From Eledone cirrhosa (lineage: Eukaryota): DNA of 64,000 nucleotides. Below the pieces are notes generated by a model that was given only the letters and a program-made list of their open reading frames with translations, had not been told where the DNA came from and ran no database searches. Below, piece after piece: positions 12,350-27,624 of this stretch (position 1 is its first letter; each line of letters starts with the position of its first letter). Position numbers and translations under genes: made by a program. The stretch covers positions 56,234,001-56,298,000 of the forward strand of contig OZ024745.1 in the NCBI GenBank assembly GCA_964016885.1, read 5' to 3'.

Positions 12350-15300
12350 AGACTTAGAAGATTATTTGACTAATTAAGATAAACCAATAACGTAGCGTAT
12401 AAGCTCCATGAACGGAAAAAGATGGGCATTAGTGCACATCTTTTTCTGTTCATGGGGAGATACACAAGCCGTAATTAGACTATTCTACTTCGTCAAAAAT
12501 ATGTCGAAATCGAATTCTAATTCGGTTTTCAAATTATGCCCTGTCTTCTATACACAAACTCATATATATATATATATATATAAACACAATGTACGAAGGT
12601 GTTATAATGTTACAGAGTTGCATTCAAATTCAATAATCCCAGTTTCGTAGAGATACTTTTAGTACGTAGGTCTATAACAAGATTTTCTGTTTTGTGTCAT
12701 CCGTAGCATGAAAAATGAGACGATACACATACGTACCTTAGATGAACGTCACATATCTTTTATATCGAGTTTAGATTAGTTTAGCATGTAAGTTAAAGCT
12801 GCTACCACAAATCAGTAACAGAATAGTGAGTGGGAATCCACTTAGAATATTCATCAAGTAATGAACATGAAATCTGTTTATATTCCCTCTAACCATTTTC
12901 TCGGCATAGTTGTTCTCCGTGTATACAGGTGTGGTCAGACATTTATGTGTTATGGTTTTCTTAAGCATTAATTGACATTTACAAAGCATGAGGCATTTCA
13001 GCACGCCTTCACTTTTGTTCCAAGTTTGTCTTTCTAACAATTTCTCATGCGTAAAGCTATTAGAAATTAGATTTGTTCACTGTAGACAGTCACTAGTATT
13101 AAGAGATTGGCACATTTTCTGTGGTTTTAGGTTTTCCTCATATTAAGGACTTTTGGGGGTAAATCATTAAATCTGTTGTGCCTGTTAAATATTTCAACTG
13201 GAATCTTGGCACGTTATTTCTCTCTGGTGATTTTGTTGTCTACTGGCTTTGTAACGCCATTGTTGGTTAATATGACAGTAAATCCTTGCATTGAGAATGA
13301 ATTATTGTCCATGATAATAACTTTCTTATACTATCACGTTCCTACATTTCTATTTCTTTTACTTCTGGTAACACAATTTCTAATCAACATTTACATTCAC
13401 TTAGATTAAAGGTCTTTATTGTGTTCGAAGGTTTTTTTCTAGTTCAAATAATAGTTGCTGTCCTTCATAACACTGGATCCTTTACTATACAGTTGGTTAT
13501 CATTTCGGGTCATTCCTTTTTTTGTTATACATTTCTGATTTATGCGCCTCTCCATTTTTCAATTAATTTTTATCGTGTTTTTGTAGATATCTAACAATTA
13601 AAGATATGCTTTTGTTTTATACATATTTGTTGCGTACACTTAGATTTAACCTTTGTAGTATGCTTCAATTTGATATTTATTATTAAGTATACTTAGTGGG
13701 GTAACAAATTTACTTTGTACACATTGATTCTACTGCAACTGTTAATTCGTTTACACATTTATTTTCATTACATCTTGGATAGAGTCAGGTTCGTTTGTTT
13801 TGGGATTTGTTTTTTCTTCTGCAATTTAATCTTTTTTTTTCTCCGTTCGTCTTTCGAACATTCTAGTTTTAAATGTTTCTTATACCTCCCTTTATTTATA
13901 TATTCGTGACTTCTAAGCTCCATTATGTTATCAATATATTAAAACTTAATGTGTTGTTTGCAATTTCACAGAGGGTTATTTTGTTAGTTGTTTTATTTTA
14001 TTTGTGTTGCTTTTAACGATGATTCCTTCAAGTAAAGCATTTGTGATCCAAGGTTACTTTTAGATCAGGGTCATGGATTTTTTTAATGATAAAGGTATGT
14101 TCTAACAGTTGTGTGGCTGAGTGTAACTATGCAGGCATTGTGCAAACACATTCCCCTAATATTCGTTTGTAGCAATATGTTTATATGATCTCTAAACATT
14201 GCATATCAAGCGAGGGAAATAGTCGATACACTGGTGATATTAAGTATCGATTGTTTAGCCCAAGAGATCTTGCCCAACTCAACGAATCATAACTTTACTA
14301 TTAAAACCATTACCTATATTATCCATCGTTTGCTGATATCGTATTTTCGTTTCCAGCATGGCCTGCTTGAAATCATAATTGAATTTGTATTAGTGCCTTA
14401 TTTTGAAGTTACTATAGTGTGGTTGTTAGACAGTTTTCGCACTAAAGAGTTGATAATGTAATTGATTCGAATATTATGCTGGTTCAAAATGTTATACGTA
14501 ATTCTCACTAGTTTAATTTGTTTCTTCAAAATGATATTGTTTCACTTTTAGTATTTGCCATCCTAATGCCATTAGATATACACACCCACAATTAAAGTAC
14601 CAACAAATGCTGTGTTCTGTATGATAGAGACTTACTAGAAATAGTAACTAAATTCCCGCAAAAAAAAGATAGTGCCATTAAAACAAATTGGCGATGATCA
14701 CAGTTTGAATATTTTAACGTAGATCTTCTCAATTTGGTGTAACGTAATGGTAAATAACATGGACGGGGGTAAGTGAAGATAGTCCATATAAATGCTTTCC
14801 TTTTTCAATAACTTTTACTAGCTTTAATCACAACCATACTCAAATACAATAATCATACAAAGACATAAACTGCAAGCAAAAATGCTATTTCTTTCATTTT
14901 TCTCTGTTTGTTTTACATCGTGTCATGATGAAATGCGCCGCGTAATAAAACTACATAAGAATTACTTTATGTTCTAGTGATAAATGTCGAAAAGATCAAT
15001 GAAAAATGTATTAGATAATTTTTTTTTTTCTCTCTTTGACTGAAGTTACAAAAAATTATCCAACACTGTTTTTATTAATTTTTTTAATTCTTTCTATCAT
15101 GATTTTTATAAAAATTAAGTACATCCATTTTTGTACACGTAGAATTTAAATAATATATTTGCGGTGAGAGTTTTCCATCACCTAGATATCTTCTTGAACA
15201 AGATACTATCAACTATTTATCACCGTATCAAAAACTTAGGCTTCTCACTAAATCATGTGGAACGTTTTATTTTTTTTCTTACTGTGAGGAAGCTGTTCGC

Positions 15301-15649
15301 AATTGTTTTTCCTTCAGCATTCTTTTCTCTCTGATGCTCGATCTTTCTTTTTTTATCAAATATGATATTTTCTTCTGTTTTTCGTATATTCTTTCAACAA
15401 TGAATATTCAATGTGTTGTAGTGGTGTTAAGTATGTGCATGTATAAATACTACTGGTGTAGTCTTGAATACAGGCACACATACACACAAATATATATATA
15501 AAGGACGTGTGCAGGCAATTTTTCAGTCAAATGATTAATTAATTTACAAACCATTTATATAATAAACGACTGTAAAAATACATTTGTTGTATAAAAAGTA
15601 CAAGATGATTAATGATGCACACATGAAATCTTGCGCGCTCCCACACCCA

Positions 15650-15748
15650 CATATATACACACATACATACCATACATACACATACACACACATATATATA
15701 TATGTATATATATATAGATATGTGTGTATATATATATATATGTATATA

Positions 15749-15816
<68 letters not shown>

Positions 15817-16039
15817 TATGTATATACATATACATATATATGCATATATATATATACATATAAATAATACATATATATACATATATATATACATATATAT
15901 ATACATATATATATACATATATATACATATATATACATATATATACATATATATATATATATATAAATAATACATATATATACATATATATATACATATA
16001 TATATACATATATATATACATATATATACATATATATAC

Positions 16040-16118
<79 letters not shown>
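15650..16118. repeat. Compound (TA)n/(TACA)n microsatellite
   Basis: Directly visible. Comparable tracts occur at 4032-4122, 4710-4916, 17245-17460, 17880-17980, 21610-21850, 26528-27036, 27356-27627, 31320-31640 and 41380-41596. Confidence 0.95.
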
Positions 16119-16121
<3 letters not shown>

Positions 16122-17009
16122 GTGAAGGGTGATTATAGTTGAATCGAATGCTTCAAAGTCACAGACAAAATAGCAATAGTGAGAAATATATACTCCATAG
16201 TTTAGCAGGTAAACAAAAGTATTGTGAACTGACTTCTTCTGTAGTTATATCTTACCGTTCCCGGATAAAACGAAATGTGAGTGATCTAGTTATCTTCTAA
16301 AATATCTACCTACAGAATTAACGCAGGAAACCGGCTGGCATAGCTACATGGAACTAATTTATATATATACTTTAGAAATAAGAAAATAAATGTATATATT
16401 CCAATGACATCCCCATTAAGATATATTTGTAAATATATCTCAGATAACTTGAGGGATCGGTGTTTGAGTTGATCAAATCTAGTATTAATTTAGGGCTAAC
16501 TAAGTGGAAAATGCTAGATTTCTTACTAGTGAATATAATATAGTAAGTTCATGTAAACCACTTTGTCGAACTTATATACAGTGCAACATCTGGAATTAAA
16601 ATTATTTCCAATTTACTTCCTTAAAGTATCAAGTAATCAGATAAATAATGATCTAAAGGCGAGTACTACCATTATTCAACTATAAATAAAATTGTGTGAA
16701 GATATTATTTAATACATGTGAATACTACGGCAAAACGTAAACGATCTCATTGCTATAAGCTTATCTGAAGGGTGTATTTATATTTCATAATACATTCACA
16801 CACACACGCACACACACACACACACCCCACCACACACCTACCCACCCACCACCCCCACACACACACAAACTTCATATTTTTTTTTTTTCAATCCAGGCCT
16901 TTTAACTCCGGTTAGAGGAACCCCTTTCTTTGGCTTTGGTCATGTCAGGGATGTAGCCGTACTCACCACGCTTTGCCAGTTGCGGGTTGGTGAGGATATT
17001 TAACCCATA

Positions 17010-17127
17010 CCTGGGTAAACTCATTTCCACAGGTGAGTGAACTGGAGCAACGTGAAATAAAGAACACAACATGTCCGAGAATCGAACTCACAACCTCGCG
17101 ATTATAAGCGCGGTGCTCTAACCACTA
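17010..17127 (-). mobile_element. tRNA-derived SINE, family B, 5' part
   Basis: Minus strand reads AGTGGTTAGAGCACCGCGCTTATAATCGCGAGGTTGTGAGTTCGATTCTCGG, a tRNA-like head, followed by TTTATTTCACGTTGCTCCAGTTCACTCA. Confidence 0.75.
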
Positions 17128-17241
17128 AATGAAAACATTTACGAGGAAGTTTATTAATTTTGGGGAAGAAGATTTTAATGTTTTCCTTTTTTTTAAAAGT
17201 TATTTATATCGCCTGAAGAGCTCAGGCTATCAAACTTCGTG

Positions 17242-17324
<83 letters not shown>

Positions 17325-17399
17325 AGAAAGTGAGGTTTTTTTTACAAAATGTAAAATAACCGAGGTGTCCTACACGAGTGGAAGTATAAAGAAAAAAAA

Positions 17400-17465
<66 letters not shown>

Positions 17466-17527
17466 GAGAGGGTTCTTTTACAAAATGAAAAATAACTGAG
17501 GTGTCCTACACGAGTGGAAGTATAAAG

Positions 17528-17632
17528 AAAAAAAGATGAAATCAAAAATGCAACTGGAGTCTTATTTTTTTTAAAATATATATATTTTATTTTAAATAAG
17601 ACTCCTGTTGCATTTTCGATTTCATCTTTTTT
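17528..17632. repeat. Short fold-back palindrome with a one-sided flank that is duplicated at 17322-17400
   Basis: AAAAAAGATGAAATC..GGAGTCTTATTT pairs with AAATAAGACTCC..GATTTCATCTTTTTT. Confidence 0.8.
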
Positions 17633-17880
17633 ACTATATATATATATTAAAATACAAATATTAATAAAATAGATGTTCTTTTGATCAATTAAATAAATAT
17701 TTTATTAATATTTGTATTAAATAATTATGTTATTATATATTTGTATTAAATAAATATTTTATTAATATTTGTATTTTAATATTAATAACTCTGGAAAATT
17801 ATTTCCTGTAGAGTGCTTCCAATCTACTGTAAAACTCATTCTTTGATATACTCATTGAATCTTGTTTAACTCTTTAATAA

Positions 17881-17978
<98 letters not shown>

Positions 17979-18396
17979 CACGAGCTTATTTGTCATTAAT
18001 ATACTGATCATCACAATGAAAAGATAGCCAAAATATATCCAAATCAGAGAAACATATAAATATGGAATAACTTATGCAAAAGAACTGACAGGTAGAGTAC
18101 TTGTCAAGCTTCACTCGCATCTCTTCCCTGCCTGCACATTCTGGAATCCAGAAAACATTGACCATCTTAATAAATTAAGACAATTTATTATAATGGTTAT
18201 TATTGTTTCTTGATTCCAAAGACTACAGTTAGGGACTTGATGCGAGGAAAGTATCTTGTATTAGTTGGCTCTACTTGTATTCTACCCGACAGAGACTTTG
18301 CATCAGTTATTCTAGGTTTATATATATATACTAAGCGCGAACGGTTATATAAGCCCAACAAATTTGGGTTTCCCAGCTGTCATGTGGATGATATAC

Positions 18397-18445
18397 ACGC
18401 TTTCTGATGAGGGCCAACTTAGATTCGGAAAATGATTAGAGGTGT
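18397..18445 (+). ncRNA. Minimal hammerhead-like motif (degenerate)
   Basis: ACGCUUU-CUGAUGA-weak stem II-GAAA-AUGAU-UA-GAGGUGU. Stem I needs several G-U pairs. Confidence 0.4.
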
Positions 18446-18959
18446 TTATACATTTTTAATTTACAAGGCAATTCGTATTTTTATGATCATAGTTAGGATT
18501 TTTCATGAAGACTAAATTGTATATAGCATGTTTGGATTTTACACCTACATCATTTCTAATGACTGAATGCTGAAGCTTACGCATGTTTGGAGATCAGCAA
18601 TGTATCCTCTCCTCTTCGCAAACCAAGGAGCTCTCATGCCACCCAGCGCCACACTAAACTGCAGCATTTAACAGCTGAAGCAGAAACTGCCGAACTGAAG
18701 TCTCCACTCAGTTTCACTGTCTTCAGTTTGCTCCGGTTTTTCTCTGTATTTGGATGCAATAGTATCTGCATGACTGGTTGTGACCTCCTTATCAGACATC
18801 ACTTACCATTTTATGCTGAAAGTGGAGCTGCACTTTCCACTTTTGTGGGATATCTTTGTTTATGTCGTCTCATTTTGCAGTTAGCTATATGGTTATCAAT
18901 CACTCATTTAACAAGATCAACCAGCACATAATCGAAGAGAACAAAGACAATAACGAAAT

Positions 18960-19325
18960 CAGTTATTGATCACTCTCCCAGATTTCCCTTGTACCATGTA
19001 TACACAATCTACCGAGACATTTCTTCCAGCCTAAGCTTCAAGTAGCAAATCCTTCCTATTCCAATGAGATCCAGTCGATAAGGCATTCCGACAGACGAGG
19101 ACTTATGAGTATATCCACTCTCACCTGTGCAGTTATCTCTGGCACCGCACCTGAATAGTGGAGTTTCTATCCTCCTCCAAATATATATACCACGGAAATT
19201 TGTTGAAGAAATCCAGACTATGTCTATCCGGTAACAATAGGCCTCCTTCGCCAGTTCCTTCTCCTTACCTGTAAGGTTTGTAATGTTCCAGTTGCCAATT
19301 GATAAGGTTTGGTTTGCTCCCAACT
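18960..19325 (-). mobile_element. RTE-clade LINE AP-endonuclease N-terminal fragment
   Basis: LSIGNWNITNLTGKEKELAKEAYCYRIDIVWISST in ORF 19009..19323. Confidence 0.7.
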
Positions 19326-21641
19326 AGAATCTCTTTGCTGTTTAAGATTGTTTAAGATTGTTGTTGGTAAATAACGAAACTTGCATGAACAATAAAGGTT
19401 TGTACAGTGAAAGGGTACACGATGACGTACATATGCTTATGTTTATAGTGTAAATGTGAGAAACATCTATGTAGCCAGCAGCTTCAGCATAGGATGTACT
19501 TTCTTTAAATATAGGATATATATAATTCTGTTTGAATATCATGTTTATGTCATATATATTTCAAAAAAGTTTAATTAAAACGCATCTCAGCTAAACCTAA
19601 AAACACATCCAGAGTTAGATATCGTAACTTGCACTTAGTATTAGAGGCAAATGAGGTAAAAGTGAAAGCCAAAGAAACGAAAATATATATTACCAGGCTT
19701 GGTGCTGTAACATTGGAGGGTAAGACGAATGAATACTTATTCACGATAGAGCGCTGAAATCGATCAGTTGACGCTATAATTGAAGTATTAAAAATCAATG
19801 TCGCATGGAAGAACGGAAAGGAAGCATATCAGAATGTACCCAAAGGAAATTTGTGAAGAAGAAAGGTAAATAGAAGCAAATAAATTTCGGATGAAACAGC
19901 GAAAGTTACAGAGACACGAAAGGAATGAACGCGAATTCATGAAAGTTGAAGTGGGAATACGTCGGATCTTTAAAAGGCATAAACTAAGTAATCAAATCTC
20001 AATTGAGAGGCGAAAGTGTATTCAAGAAGGAATAAAAGAGGATCCTTTGAAGTTAAAGCTTAAAGAGCAGATACATTTCACAAAACAGGAAATATCAGAG
20101 AGAATAGAAGTGCTTACGAAACAATAAATGCGATTATAGGCAAAGCAAAGTGTTCACATCGATTACCTCTGAGGGGCATTGATGAGGAACGAGTAACATC
20201 CAAGAATAATTGAGATAGCTTTTTAGTAAATGCATGAATAGGGATTTTAATGGTAGAAATTGTCTGATAATACCCAAATCATTAGAGGTTCAAGAATGAC
20301 CCTAAAGGAAATGTATTTGATGAGGTAACACCTGCACTTGAGAAAATGCAAAACAGAATGAAGACTACGGTAGTAAATGGAATTACAGAAGAAATGCCAA
20401 GATGTATAAACACGTGACTACAAGACATTTGCTTATATAATATGTAGTAACTAGAATGTTAAAAAAGCGCAGATATTGAAGGTGGTATTTTTATATCACC
20501 CAGAATCAAAGCATTTAACCTTCTCATTTTAACTATCCCACATAGAATAGAGATTAATTTAGATAGCATACAAGCAGATATGCAAGTTTCAGTTAAACCT
20601 CCGTGCCTAAGACTTGCTTCTCAGGCATATTATACCACACTATCATTTGGAAATTGGCTGTAAGGAAGTATTTAATATTTGTGGATATCTTATGATGATT
20701 TGAGAGACTTACTCTAGATGGTTTACATGAGATCATTGGCAAAGATATGTTTAGCATAAGTAAGCACAGCGTTTAACAGCGTTTTTAACATCACTTCTCC
20801 GAAACTACTAATGAAATCACCTACTTGGACGCTTAAACATTACCATTTATTTAACAAAATATGATCATATACAGTTGCTAGTACTATTGGCTTACACTTC
20901 CGGTATAATTTCTGTACGTTCCATCCAAATAATGAAGGATTTTCGATCTCAAGGTACATTAATGATAACTGTTTCAGTTCAAAAGCCTTGTTTGCGATTT
21001 TATATAGGATGAGTATTTCTACCCCAACATTTTATGATATAAATGATTCATTCGACTGAAACCCATGCAATTAATAAAAGTATCCTCCAGCTGTGTTGTC
21101 TTTCAATAGTATACTTCTCCTTTACTGGGATAGACAAGTGGGAAGATACATTTATTGTAATAGGTGTGTATTCAGTCGTGAAGATAGTCGTGGAGATAGT
21201 ACGTTGTTCGTGTAGTAATTAAAACAAAGGTCTTTTGTGCGATAGGTTGCAGCTCACGTGTATTGTTTTCCTCTGGCGAAAGATGTTTGTGACAGGTTTC
21301 AGCAACATCTGTTTCATCATCAACAATAATCCGGATAGTTATCTTTTGAACAAAGTTGAGCAGATTGAGTATACTAAGAAGCGTTCAGCTGGATAAGACA
21401 TGTAATTTCTTAGATATTTTCTATTTATACTTGATAGACTGTAGGTCATATTTCCGTATTTATTTTGTTTTTATAGATATAAATTTATTACCAACGTAAA
21501 TGTGTTATAGGTAGTAGCTTCGAACTATATATATATATATGTTTATGCCAGTGATAGTATGATAGAAAATCACACGCGTATAGCAGTATGCATCTGCAGG
21601 TAAACTTATACATACATACACAAACACACACATACACACAT

Positions 21642-21721
<80 letters not shown>

Positions 21722-21777
21722 ATATATACATATATATCGATATAAATATATACATATGAGTGTGAGCGTGTATGTGA

Positions 21778-21834
<57 letters not shown>

Positions 21835-24800
21835 TATACGTGTGTATGTGTGTGTGTTGCGTGTGTACGCGTGGTTACGTGTGAGGGTAGGTATATGTTC
21901 GTGTCTATCTGGAGTTTCTATGTTTGTGTGTACGTATATTACAAGAAAATATACGCTAATCTTATTCTCTACAAAGCTCATTTGGATGGGAAATCGGATT
22001 ACACAGTTAAATAGGCAGTATATTTCATTTCAAATACTTTCATCTATGTCAGGAAGAGTTTGGTACATCAGAGAGGAAGCCATGTGTTTTGAAACCAATA
22101 GATTCTTGATTTAGAATTCTTCCATTACAGTTAACGCAATTGTGATATTTCTCTTCATATAGGTAAATATCTTTGTATTACAATAGACCGTAAAAATAAC
22201 GAAACGCTTATGCGCAAAATTGTGGTCGGTTAAAAAAATCTATTTGGTTAGGTTATATTGAAGAGATCACCTTAACTGCATTATCAACAAAGACTCGCCC
22301 AAGTATTTATTTTTAACCGTGTCATACAATACAATGTAATTACCTGGTGAAATATTCCATTTTCTACTCTATGTAAGTAAGCTGCTAACTATGTATAAAA
22401 AAAAGAAAGAATATCTATGGATATCATGATAATATCACGAATGTTATTAATATCACTTAGTTACCAAAGATAGACAGCGAATTGGCTGAATGGTTAGAAT
22501 GTCAGATAGAATGCGATGAGTTATGTTTGAGACCCTATTTCCTTTTGTATCTTATCCACTTAGGGTCATCTTTATTCCCATACTTTCGGAGTAGACAGCA
22601 ATTAACAGTTTAATACTCTCTCCTGTTACATTTCGTTGTGTAAATATTTGTATATGTCTACTAAACGCCTTAGCCCATGAGAATGACAGCGCAAAGGTCT
22701 AATAACCTAGAAAAATAGATATGTAACTCGAGCGGAAATACTGATGATACCAAAATTACGCAGTGTTTTTATGTATTAGCCTTTACGTAAATCAAATTAA
22801 ATACAGAGGCTTGTAGCAGAGATTAGATATAAATACATTTCTAAGTATATCGTGAGGACAAATATATTTTTAATTGATTTATTATAATTTATTATTGTTA
22901 ATATTTATATTTTTGGCTTGCCTGCAGTTATGTATTATATTATACATAGTGTAGATACTAGATTCAGTACTCAACAATTGCATGTTATAATGTGCAACTA
23001 TAAAACCTACTTACTTAATAATCATTAACTATAGTTTCAGATTGGAAATCCAATTTAAGTTATAGCATCATGAAATGTATATTATGACGTGGACGTTTGC
23101 GCCTGTTCTGTGTCAATAGTATGCCAACTATGTGATTATTACCTCTTGAATAATATATAATCGTTTATATCCATTTCAACCGACACCTATATCAAAATTA
23201 CAAACCCAGAGCCAATATCCAAACTAAAGTTACTTAATTATATTAAATACCAATGACAATTTCTCTGATTTTCAATTACATCGAATATTATAATGAGGTT
23301 ATTATTATTATTATGTCACATTGCTGCATTTATTTGTCTTTCAGCTCAGCCATTACTGTAGCATTCTCTTTATGAAACCTATAACATTTAAGTGTCAGTA
23401 GAAGATATTTATACCAATAGCGAAATGTAGGAACACGATAAAATGTTTAATTCGTCTACGTGTGAACAAACACTAGGCTAATTCTTGTTAAATAGATATT
23501 ATTGTCCAAGAGTGAAATCCAATCCATTGTATTACTGGTTCTCATTCATACGAATTTCCGTTGAAAGGAAATACATTTTCAGCCTCGGCATACTTTGAAA
23601 TTGAAAGATACGGTGACCAGCAAGACAACAAGTTTGGTGCTCAAACCTTTCTACCACTTCAATTTAAAGTATTTGATTACTTTTGTTTTCATAGTAGCAA
23701 AATAATTCAAATTATATGTATTGTATTACAAGCATTTATTTTAAACTCGGTTTAACATGTCATGTCGACAAATAGCAATTTGTTTAATGAAACGAATGAT
23801 TATTTAACGTATTGGGTTGCTTTACGCTTGGTTTTATTTTTCATTCTTCTGAAATAAGTGCCTGTAAGTACTAGAGTCGAAGGAATCATCTATATAGCCC
23901 CACAATGTGTGAACTTGTGTCACAGTGAGATATCTATAGTTTAAATATGTGGTGTAGGCATCATAAAAGTGGAGACTAATAATTCGTTTGATTCCCAGCT
24001 GAAATTTATTTCATTTAAAATATTCAATGATCTTATGGGATGTCTCCCTGTCCAAAATACATAATGTTCATTAGTATTCTAATTATACCATTATTTAGAG
24101 TTGCAACTAAAGCCATTCCAAAACTTTTGACTTTTCCTTCTATAAATGAGTCTGTTTCCGCGACAAAATAATTGTTTGCATTTTATTTCATCTAAAAGTG
24201 AAGTGATAAAAAAAAAGAGTTGCTCAATTTAACAAAATCCAATCGATACACTATACATGTGGAATACACATCACTATTAAAGGTTATGGCCATAACGTTC
24301 GATTTTTACATTTAGATTAATTTAATCCTAGGTTTCATGATTCAAGGTAAAGGATTTGAACTCTAAATATAAAAAGAAAGAATTAAATACATCAAGTTAT
24401 TTTTTCTGATTTTCTACAGTATGTTTATTCTTTTTTTTTATCATCAGCAAGACAGTCGGTGACGGTGGCAGCAGAGAGGGAAATAGTGAATGACTGTAGT
24501 ATTCACGTCTCTCTCAAAGGAAATAACTGAACAAACGACATCTAATATATTTTAATGGTTCGACATATATTTAGTGGTTTATCATAAATTCTTACATTCC
24601 TTCCATAAAAATAATATGTGATAGTAGTCTCACAGAACATAGTTTATCCTCTTTAATGATGTAGCAGAAGCTCAGCAACGAAAGATTAGTTGACCTGAAA
24701 ATTTGTAACCTTCTATTCAAAGAAATTATCATTAACTCAAACGCTTGAGAATCGTCACGGAATTAAGAGATGACAGTTCAACCACCAATGCAACCTTCAC

Positions 24801-25344
24801 CTCATGCCGATGGTAAAGCAATGATTTATTTAACAATTCACATCGATGCATAAAAATGTTTGTCTCAAATAACTATCTGTAACACTACATATTATTCTGT
24901 TACATAAGCAGAATGAGTAACTGACAAGAACCCTAGGTTACAGTGTTTAAATTTCTGAAACGAAATAAATGGCATTTCGTCTCCACAAACTGTTGTGTAT
25001 TTGAACACAATAGCTGGAGATATCAATGTCATATGTATTGGTCAATTGTCCGAATGAAAATCAAAATCACCGAGTTCAATTTCTACATCAAAGTGTCAAC
25101 AAAATAATACCCGTGAAGCACTGAATGTATGTTGGTACATATGTTAGGAACCTATGAAGAGGTGAATGGACAACATATATATTCTAGTACGAATAGACAA
25201 AAAGCAAAATGTAAAACATTACTTTAGTAAATATGACATTAGGTTACAAACTATTAAATATGACCGACCAATGTAAAACTCAGTGCATGCGCCACGTCGT
25301 CAACAGCAGCAAAGCATCTAATATATTTTAACGTTGAACCGTTA

Positions 25345-25426
25345 AAATTTATTAGATGTCGTTTGTTCAGTTATTTCTTTTGAAAGAGACGCGAATATAT
25401 ATATATATATATATTCGCGTCTCTCT

Positions 25427-25472
<46 letters not shown>

Positions 25473-25520
25473 GCGTCTCTCTCAAAAGAAATAACTGAAC
25501 AAACGACATCTAATAAATTT
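25345..25520. repeat. Palindrome centred on (TA)n tracts, with a third arm copy at ~24500-24548
   Basis: AAATTTATTAGATGTCGTTTGTTCAGTTATTTCTTTTGA.AGAGACGCGAATA and its reverse complement. Confidence 0.85.
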
Positions 25521-25558
25521 ATATATATATGTGAATATATATATATACATATATATAC

Positions 25559-25631
<73 letters not shown>

Positions 25632-25831
25632 CATATATATATATATATTCACATAAATAATTAGATAAGAGAGAGGCTGTTACCTCATATTCACATATTC
25701 AGATGTGTATGGATACAATTCAGAAAGAAAATGAACAATTACATCTAAAGAAAGGCGACATTACTCTTCAAAGGGAGCCGTCAATATTTCACTTAAGTAT
25801 GGACACTGAAGTATTTTCATTATTTTGTTAA

Positions 25832-26048
25832 GTGAATTGGCAGTATCGGTAGAGGGTCGAACACCATGCTTTGCGGCATCGAGTATCCCTTTACAGTCTA
25901 AGTTCAAATCCCGTCGAGGTTAGCTTTGCCCTTCATCCTTACGAGGTTGATAAAATAAAGCCCTAGTAAAGCACTGGAATCGACTTAATCGACTTTCCCC
26001 TCACCTTCAAATTGCTGGCGTTGTTTCTATAGTAAAAATCATTATTTT
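25832..26048 (+). mobile_element. tRNA-derived SINE, family A (long variant)
   Basis: GTGAATTGGCAGTATCGGTAGAG head, GTTCAAATCCC B-box and the conserved core. Confidence 0.85.
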
Positions 26049-26089
26049 ATTCAAATTCATATTTCATAATGCTTCACAGAAGCTTTCAT

Positions 26090-26629
<540 letters not shown>

Positions 26630-26700
26630 TACATATATATATATATTCACATATACATATATACACACATATATATATGTATACACATATATATATACAC

Positions 26701-26763
<63 letters not shown>

Positions 26764-26870
26764 TATACATATATATATTCACATATATATATACACATAT
26801 ATATTTATATATATATATACACATATATATATATATATACATATAAATATACATATATATATATATACGC

Positions 26871-26903
<33 letters not shown>

Positions 26904-26906
26904 CGC

Positions 26907-26939
<33 letters not shown>

Positions 26940-27036
26940 GATATATATATATGTACATTATATATATATATATATACACACATATATATATACACATACA
27001 TATGTATATATATATATATATATGTACATACATATA

Positions 27037-27356
27037 TCATCATCATCAAGTCGAGCTTGCTCGGCTTTCTACGACACGTTTCCTCCACCCATCTCTGTCT
27101 CTCATAGCGTTTGCCAGTCTTTCCGCAGTGCATCCAGCATCGTCTTCAAGTTGCTTGACGTATGTCTTCTTGGGACGACCAGCGTTTCTTGCTCCATGAG
27201 ATGGACTCCATAACAACACATCACCTGCTATTTCTTCATTGCTGCGCCAACAGTGGCCAGCAAATCTGAGTCTCTGTCCACGTATTGACCTGCTCCGCGC
27301 TGCTTTAAACGTGCCTTGCAGGGAACACCCAACAAATAAGGATCTATATGGCAATA
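27037..27356 (-). mobile_element. RTE-like LINE 3' end with (TGA)n tail
   Basis: [36 protein letters not shown] followed by TGATGATGA. Confidence 0.85.
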
Positions 27357-27368
27357 CACATATATATG

Positions 27369-27455
<87 letters not shown>

Positions 27456-27458
27456 ATA

Positions 27459-27500
<42 letters not shown>

Positions 27501-27537
27501 CATATATATATACATATATATATACATATATATATAC

Positions 27538-27588
<51 letters not shown>

Positions 27589-27624
27589 TATATACATATA
27601 TATACATATACATATATATATATA

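Noticed and set aside
15539-16051. Long YI/VC/HT/RE-repeat ORFs here and at 21.5, 26.4-27.7, 31.2, 39.9, 41.3, 48.5, 50.2 and 61.2 kb
   Set aside because: Translations of stop-free dinucleotide microsatellites, not genes.
17070-17127. tRNA-like sequences (also the heads of family A copies)
   Set aside because: No complete cloverleaf or acceptor stem. They continue into repeated SINE bodies.
19750-20450. Purine-rich stretch resembling a decayed LINE ORF (similarly 12800-13400 on the minus strand)
   Set aside because: Too degraded to assign a family by eye.
21100-25300. Possible host exons in relatively unique sequence (e.g. ~21170-21350, 23561-23755, 24650-24815; also ~40250-40340)
   Set aside because: No recognisable protein motif or convincing splice-site pair. 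RNA-seq or homology search would be needed.
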